A stretch of DNA of 64,000 bases from the human T2T-CHM13v2.0 reference genome, Homo sapiens. The translations under genes were made by a program, and so were the position numbers. The stretch lies in the NCBI RefSeq assembly GCF_009914755.1, contig NC_060926.1. One strand, written 5' to 3'. The notes beneath the pieces are model-generated. The model saw only the letters and a program-made list of their open reading frames with translations. It did not search any database and was not told where the DNA came from. This document shows positions 55,657 to 64,000 of the stretch, piece by piece. How positions within the stretch are numbered: position 1 is the first letter of the stretch; each line of letters starts with the position of its first letter.

Positions 55657-55942
55657 AAATAGGCACCTTTTTTTAGGATACTATTTTTAAAAATAATCTC
55701 ATCTGATAGGGTAAAATACAAATAAGATGAATACATAATAGAATTTTTTAATATACCAAATGATGATATACAGTTAGATATAAAATATCACATTTCAGGT
55801 TTTGATTCTTCTCCAATATTCCTGTCACATTTAATTTTGACATTTTAGCATCACAAATGTGTGTGCAGTCTTACTAAACATGTCTTCAGTGTGACCAGTG
55901 AGGGTCTGTACTCTGACTCATAGTATCATGTGTTACTTTTGT

Positions 55943-55994
55943 AGGGTGACCATGTATTCCATTTGTCCAGGGTAGTTCCTGATTATGCCATATT
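55943..55994 (+). mobile_element. MER94-like hAT-Blackjack, left part
   Basis: TIR agggtgaccat; continues at 63872-63917 after the L1 insertion. Confidence 0.65.
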
Positions 55995-58864
55995 CCATTT
56001 CATTGTTACTTTTTTCTATTTTTTAATTCTCTTTTTATAACTTTTATTTAAGGTTCGGGGGTACATATGAAGATTTGTTACGTAGATAAACATGTGTCAT
56101 GGGGTGTTTGTTGTACATATTATTTCATCACCCAGGAATTAAGCCCAGTACCCAATAGTTATCTTTTCTGTTCCTCTTTCTCTCTCCCCCTCCCCCCTCA
56201 AGTAGCCCCCAGTGTCTGTTTCCTTCTTTGTGTTCATAGGTTCTTATCATTTAACTCCCAATTATAAGTGAGAACATGCAGTATTTGGTTTTCTGTTCCT
56301 GCATTATCCTGTTTGCTAAGGGTAATAGCCTCCAGCTCCATCCATGTTCCTGCAAAAGACATTTTCAAATTCTTTCTCATGGCTGTATAGTATTCCATGG
56401 TGTATATGTACCACGTTTTCTTTATCCAACCTGCCATTTATGGATATTTAGGTTGATTCAATGTCTTTATTATTGTGAATAGTGCTGCAATGAACATATG
56501 CATGCATGCGCCTTTACAGTAGAATGATTTATATTCCTTTGGGTATATACCCAGTAATGAAATTGCTGGGCCAAACAGTGGTTCTGTTTTTAGTTCTCTG
56601 AGGAATCCCTATACTGCTTTCCACAATGGTTGTACTAATTTATACTCCCACCAACATTGTATAAGTGTTCCCTTTTCTCTGCAACCTTGCCAGCAAATAT
56701 TATTTATTTATTTATTTTTTTACTTTTTAATAATAGTCATTCTGGCTTGTATCTTATCTCGTTAGTGGTTTTGATTTGCATTTCTCTAACGATCAGTGAT
56801 ATTGAGCTTTTTTAAATATGCTTGTTGGTTGCATGCACGTCTTCTTTAGAAAAGCATTTGCTCATGTCCTTTGCCTACTTTTTAATAGGATTGTTTGTTT
56901 TTCTCCTGTAAATATGTTTAAATTCCCTGTAAATTTTGGATATTAGACCTTAGTTAGATGGAGAGTTTGCAAAAATTTTCTCCCATTCTATAGGTTGTCT
57001 GTTTACTCTGTTGATAGTTTCTTTTGCTGTTCACAAGCTCCTAAGTTTAATTAGATCTCATTTGTCAGTTTTGCTTTTGTTGTGATTGCTTTTGGTGTTT
57101 TTGTCATGAAATCTTTTCCCATTCCTATGTCCAGGATGGTATTGTCTAGGTTGTCTTCCAGGGTTTTTATAGTTTTGGGTTTTACATTTAAGTCTTTAAT
57201 CCATCTTGAGTTGATTTTTGTGTATAGTGTAAGGAAGGGGTCCTGTTTCAATCATCTGCATATGGCTAGCCAGTTATCCCAGCACCATCTATTGAATAGG
57301 GAGCCTTTTCCCATCATTTGTTTTTGTCAGCCTTGTCAAAGATCAGATGGTCATAGATGTGTGTTCTTATTTCTTGGTTATCTATTCTGTTCCATTGGTC
57401 TATGTATCTGTTTTTGTACCAGAACCATGCTATTTCAGTACTGTAACCTGTATAGTTTGAAGTTGGGTAACATAATGCCTCCACCTTTGTTCTTTTTGCT
57501 TAGGATTGCCTTGGCTATTTGGGCTCTTTTTTTTTTGTTCTATATGAATTTTAAAATAGTTTTTTTCTAGTTCTGTGAAGAATGTGTTGGTAGTTGGATG
57601 GAAATAGCACTGAATCTGTAAATTGCTTTGGGCAGTATAGCTATTTTAATGATATTGATTCTTCCTATCCATGAGTGTGGGATGTTTTTCCATTTGTTTG
57701 TGTCTTCTATGATTTCTTTGAATAGTGTTTTGTAATTCTCCTTGTAGAGATTGTTGAGTAGTGTTTTGTAATTCTCATTGTAGAGATCATTCACCTCTAT
57801 GGTTAGCTGTATTCCAAGGTATTTTATTTTATGTATTTATTTTTTTGGTGGTAGTTGTGAATAGGCTTGCCTTTCTGATTTGGATCTAGGCTTTGCTGTT
57901 TTTGGTATATAGAAATCCTAATGATTTTTGTACACTGATTTTGTATCCTGAAACTTTTAAGGAGCTTTAGGGCCAAGACTATGGGGTTTTCTAGATATTA
58001 GAATGTTGAGTATAGGCCCCCAATCCCTTCTGATTTGTAGGGTTTAAGCTGAGAGGTCTGCTGTTAGCCTAATGGGGTTTCTTTTGTAGGTGACCTGCCC
58101 TTTCTCTCTAGCTACCTTTAACATTGTTTCTTTCATTTTTACCTTGGAAAATCCTGAATTCCTGAATTTGACTGTTGGCCTCTCTAGCAAGGGTGGGGAA
58201 GTTTTCATTGATGATATCCTGTAATATGTTTTCCAAGTTATTTACTTTTCCTGGGCCCCTCGCCTTTTAGGGATGCCAATGATTCATAGATTTTGCCTGT
58301 TTACATAATCTCACACTCTCAGAGGTTTTGTTAATTCCTTTTAATTCTTTTTTCTTTATTTTTGTCTGACTGTCTTATTTCAGAGAACCAGTCTTCAAGT
58401 TCTGAGACTCTTTCCTCAGCTTGATTTATTCTGTTGTTAATACTTGTGGTTGCATTGTGAAATTCCTGTATTGTGTTATTCACACAATTCTGTCAGATCC
58501 ATTAGGTTCTTTTCTATACTGGCTATTTCATCATTCAGCTCCTGTATCACTTTATTGTAATTCTTATTTTCCTTGGATTGTGTTTTGCTGTTCTCCTGAA
58601 TCTCATTGATTTTTGTTCCTATCCATATTCTGAATTCTAATTCTGTCATTCTAGCCAGTTCAGCCTAGTTAAGAACTCTCATTGGAAAACCGGTGCAGTT
58701 GTTTGTGGGACTCACAACACTCTGGTCATTTGAGTTACCAGAGTTCTTGTGTTGGTTCTTTTTCATGTTTGCATGTGGGTGCTCCTTTTACTGCTGTGTA
58801 GATTGAGTGTAGTCGATAGATTTCTTTTCTGGTGTTTCCACTGGGCTGAGGCTTTGTTTAGGAT

Positions 58865-59162
<298 letters not shown>

Positions 59163-60142
59163 AGAGGGAGGTATCTTAGTAGTGATTGTGGCTGAGGGTC
59201 ATTTGCTTGTTTCCTGGGGACTCCACTCCAGAGAGATGCAGATCAGCAATTGCTCAATGCAATCAGCCCAGGATGGAGGGTTTGTGCTGTGGGCCTAAGC
59301 CAGGCATTCCCTGTCTGGTGATGAGCAGCTGGGGGTGTGTGGGACCCATGGGAGATGGACTGGCTTCCTCTCTTTGGGTCGACTGCACCTTGGAGGTGTG
59401 AATGAGGCATTTGGGATCTTTGCTCCTTCATTAGTCTGACAGTGGCAACAGCAGTTTCACTACAGAGGCAGTGACAGAGATGCTTTTAGTTGCCCCTGGA
59501 GGCTCTGTCCAGAAAGTTGCTGAGTTTCTACAGGGTCGATTGCTTTGGCAGGGAGTGGCTGGAGGCCCAGGTCTGGACTACCTGTGAGGAGATATGGGAA
59601 CAGACACCAATGTAACAGTCTGGCTACTTTTCTGTAGGGCTGGTGCAGTACGGTTGGGCCCACTCCAGTCGCTAGTCACCTCGGATTTTCCAGGACCTGG
59701 AGGCACCACCAGTGAAGGCTGTGAAACAGCAAAGATGGCAGCCTGTCCCCTCCCTCTGGAAGCTTCATCCCAGAGAATTATAGGTCTGTTGCTGGCCCAA
59801 AGGCACCTATAAGAGATGGCTATAGACCCTGGTTGGAAGGTCCTGCCCAGTGAGGAGAAAAGCAGTCTAGCCATGTTTTGGTAGAGCAACCATGCTGTGC
59901 TAGGGGGTTTGCTTCAGCCCCTGGTCGTCTCTGACACTCCAAAGCCTGAAGGCTGGAATAGCTGAGTCACTCAAACAGCAAAGATGGTGGCCTGCCTCTC
60001 TCTCTGGGAGCTCCATCCCAGGGGGGTTACAAATCTTTGTTGGCCAGAGAACACTGACAGGGGTGGCTGGAGGCCATGGTTGTGAGGTCCTGCCCAGTGA
60101 GGAGAAAAGGGATCAGGGACTCCCTTAAATAAGCAGTCTGAC

Positions 60143-61655
60143 TGTGAAGAATGTCAATAGTAGTTTAATGGGAATAGCACTGAATCTGTAAATTACTTTG
60201 GGCAGTATTGCCATTTTAATGATATTGATTCTTCCTATCCATGAGTATGGAATGTTTTTCCATTTGTTTGTGTCCTCTCTGATTTCCTTGAGCAGTGGTT
60301 TATAGTTCTCCTTGAAGAAGTCTTTCACTTCCCTTGTTAGCTGTATTCCTAGCTATTTTATTCTCATTGTAGCAATTGTGAATGGGAGTTCATTAATGAT
60401 TTGCCTCTCTGCTTGTCTACTGTTGGTCTAAGGAATGCTTGTGATTTTTGCACATTGATTTTTGTATCCTGAGACGTTGCTGCCGTTGCTTATCAGCTTA
60501 AGGAGCTTTTGGGCCGAGATGGTGGGGTTTTCTAGATATAGGATTATATCACCTGCAAACAGACAGTTTGACTCCCTCTCTTTCTATTTGAATAACCTTT
60601 ATTTCTTTCTCTTGCCTGATTGCCATGGTCAGAACTTCCAATACCATATTGAATAGGAGTATTGAGAGAGGGCATCCTTGTCTTGTTCTGGTTTTCAAGG
60701 GGAATGCATCCAGCTTTTGCCCATTCAGTATAATATTGGCTGTGTGTCTGTCATAAATGGCTGTTATTATTTTAAGATATGTTCCATCAACACCTAGTTT
60801 ATTGAGAGTTTTTAACATAAAGAGATGTTGAATTTTATCGAAGACCTCTGCATCTATTGAGATAATCGTGTGGTTTTTGTCTTTAGTTCTGTTTATGTGA
60901 TGAATTACGTTTATTGTTTTGCATATGTTGAACCAACCTTGCACCCTAGGGATGAAGCCAACTTGATTGTGGTGGATAAGCCTTTTGATAAGCCACTGGA
61001 TTCAGTTTGCCAGTATTTCATGAGGATTTTAGCATTGATGTTCATCGGGGATATTGGCCTGAAGTTTTCTTTTTTTGTTGTATCTCTGCCAGGTTTTGGT
61101 ATTGGGATAATTCTGTCTTCATAAAATGAGTTAGGGATCTTTTTAATTGTTTGGAATAATTTCAGAAGAAATGGTACCAGCTCCTCTTTGTACCTTTGGT
61201 AGAATTCAACTGTGTTTGTCTGGTCCTGGGCTTTTTTTTGTTGGTAGGCCATTTATTACTGCCTCAGTTTCAGAACTTGTTATTGGTTTATTCAGGGATT
61301 CACCTTCTTCCTGGTTTAGTCTTGGGAAGGTGTATGTGTCCAGGAATTTATCACTTTCTCCTAGATTTTCTAGTTTATTTGCATAGAGGTGTTTATAGTA
61401 TTCTCAGATGGTTGTTTGTATTTCTGTGGGGTCAGTAGTGATATCCCCTGTATCATTTTTTATTGTGTCTATTTGAGTCTTCTCTCTTTTCTTCATTAGT
61501 CTAGCTAGTGGTTTATTTTATTAATTTTTTCAAAAAATCAGCTCCTGAATTCATTGCTTTTTTTGAAGGATTTTTCATGTCTCTATCTCTTCCACTTCAG
61601 CTCTGATCTTGGTTATTTCTTGTCTTCTGCTAGCTTTTGGGTTTGTTTGTTCTTG
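60143..61655 (-). mobile_element. Inverted 5' segment of a younger L1PA (ORF2 RT region)
   Basis: Peptides [18 protein letters not shown]...SIDAE.FDKIQH...RQGCPLS; ENFRPIS. Confidence 0.93.
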
Positions 61656-61860
61656 GAGCCCATATAGCCAAGACAATCCTAAACAAAAAGAACAAAGCTG
61701 GAGGCATCGCACTACCCAACTTTAAACCATCCTACAAGGCTACAGTAACTAAAACAGCATGGTACTGGTACAAAAACAGACACATAGACCAATGGAACAG
61801 GATAGAGATCTCAGAAATAAGACCACATATCTACAACCATCTGATCTCTGATAAACCTGA

Positions 61861-61980
<120 letters not shown>

Positions 61981-62137
61981 TGAATTAAAGACTTACATGT
62001 AAAACCTGAAACTATAACAACTCTAGAAGAAAATGTAGGCAATAACTTTCAGGACATAGGCACATGCAAAGATTTCATGACAAAAACATCAAAAGCAATT
62101 GCAACAAAAGCAAAAATTTTGGGACAAATGAGATCTA

Positions 62138-62497
<360 letters not shown>

Positions 62498-62982
62498 CTA
62501 CAGAATGGGAGAAAATTTTTGCACACTATCCATCTGACAATGGTCTAAAATCCAGAATCTTCAAGGAACTTAAACAAATTTACAAGAAGAAAACAAACAA
62601 CCTTGTTAAAAAAGTGGGCAAAAGACATGAACAGACACTTGTCAAAAGAAGACATTTATGCAGCCAACAAACGTGAAAAAAAGCTCATTATCACTAATCA
62701 TTAGAGAAATGCAAATCAAAACCACAGTGAGATACCATCTCATGCCAGTCAGAATGGCTATTATTAAAAAGTCAGGAAACAACAGATTCTGGCGAGGCTG
62801 TGGATAAATAGGAACAGTTTTACACTGTTGGTGGGAGTGCAAATTAGTTCAACCATTGTGGAAGACAGTGTGGCGATTCCTCAAAGACCTAGACTCAGCA
62901 ATACAATTTGACTCGGCAATCCCATTACTGGATATATACCCAAAGGAATACAAATCATTCTGTTATAAAGATACATGCACAC

Positions 62983-63314
<332 letters not shown>

Positions 63315-63871
63315 CTATTTACAATAGCAAAGACATGGAATCAACCCAAATGCCCATCAATGATAGACTGGATAAAGAAAATGTACATATACACCATGGA
63401 ATACTATGCAGCCATAAAACACAACAAGATCATGCTCTTTGCATGCATATGGCTGGAGCTAGAAACCATTATTCTCAGCAAACTAACACAGGAACAGAAG
63501 ACCAAACACCACATGTTCTTATTTATAAGTGGGAGCTGAACAATGAGAACACATGGACACAGGGAGGGGAACAACACACACTGGGGCCTGTCAGGGAGGT
63601 TGCGGGAGGGAGAGCATTAGGATTAATAGCTAATGCTTGCTGGGCTTAATACCTAGGTGATGGGTTGATAGGTGCAGCAAAGCACCATGGTACATGTTTA
63701 CCTATGTAACAAACCTGCATGTCCTGCACACGTATTCCCAAACTTAAAATAAAATAAAATTAAGAAAGAAAGAAGCAGTCTGGCCATGTTGTGGTGTGCT
63801 GAGGCATCCCTTCCACTCCCGGTTGGCATGGACTCTCCAGTGCCCGAGGGCTGAAGCCCATTTCATTATTA

Positions 63872-63917
63872 TTAAGATTTCCTCCTTCTGCTCTCAAAAG
63901 ATATGTAGTCAGTCTAT
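63872..63917 (+). mobile_element. MER94-like, right part
   Basis: 'ctccttctgctctcaaaag...gtagtcagtct' resembles the MER94 3' half. Confidence 0.55.
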
Positions 63918-64000
63918 CTTTAAATACGTTTTTATTAATGTTTCAGGTATAAAATGGGTTTCAACCAAAGAAATGGAACAAAAATATTTACAATTGCCCT

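Noticed and set aside
57082-57570. 162-aa plus-strand ORF
   Set aside because: Antisense reading of L1 ORF2.
60549-61252. Reverse-transcriptase-like ORFs
   Set aside because: Frameshifted fragments of a dead L1 ORF2, not a novel RT system.

Overview
AT-rich, CpG-poor primate (human-like) intergenic or intronic DNA. I find no supportable protein-coding gene, RNA gene, CpG island or CRISPR array. Every listed ORF is repeat-derived (Alu, L1, L2, LTR) or chance length. Much of the window is transposon remains: about 18 Alu/FLAM/FRAM copies (most with readable target-site duplications, TSDs), L1ME/L1MC/L1MB/L1PA fragments, L2/MIR/CR1 relics, MaLR and ERV solo LTRs, an ERVL pol fragment, and hAT and Tigger DNA elements. 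Repeat family names are from memory of consensus sequences and need Dfam/RepeatMasker confirmation. The most notable structures are: (1) two local non-tandem duplications of apparently unique DNA, 152 bp at 913/3386 (the first copy flanked by a perfect 15-bp TSD) and about 130 bp at 50981/54255; (2) a 7.9-kb four-layer nested insertion at 55.9-63.9 kb (MER94 > internally deleted old L1 > twin-primed, 5'-inverted L1 > Alus) whose junctions can be read directly; (3) a zone at about 36-49.7 kb with few young repeats and several homeodomain/FOX/POU motif-rich blocks that look like conserved enhancers; (4) three long perfect palindromes. I cannot support a new biological system from sequence alone.
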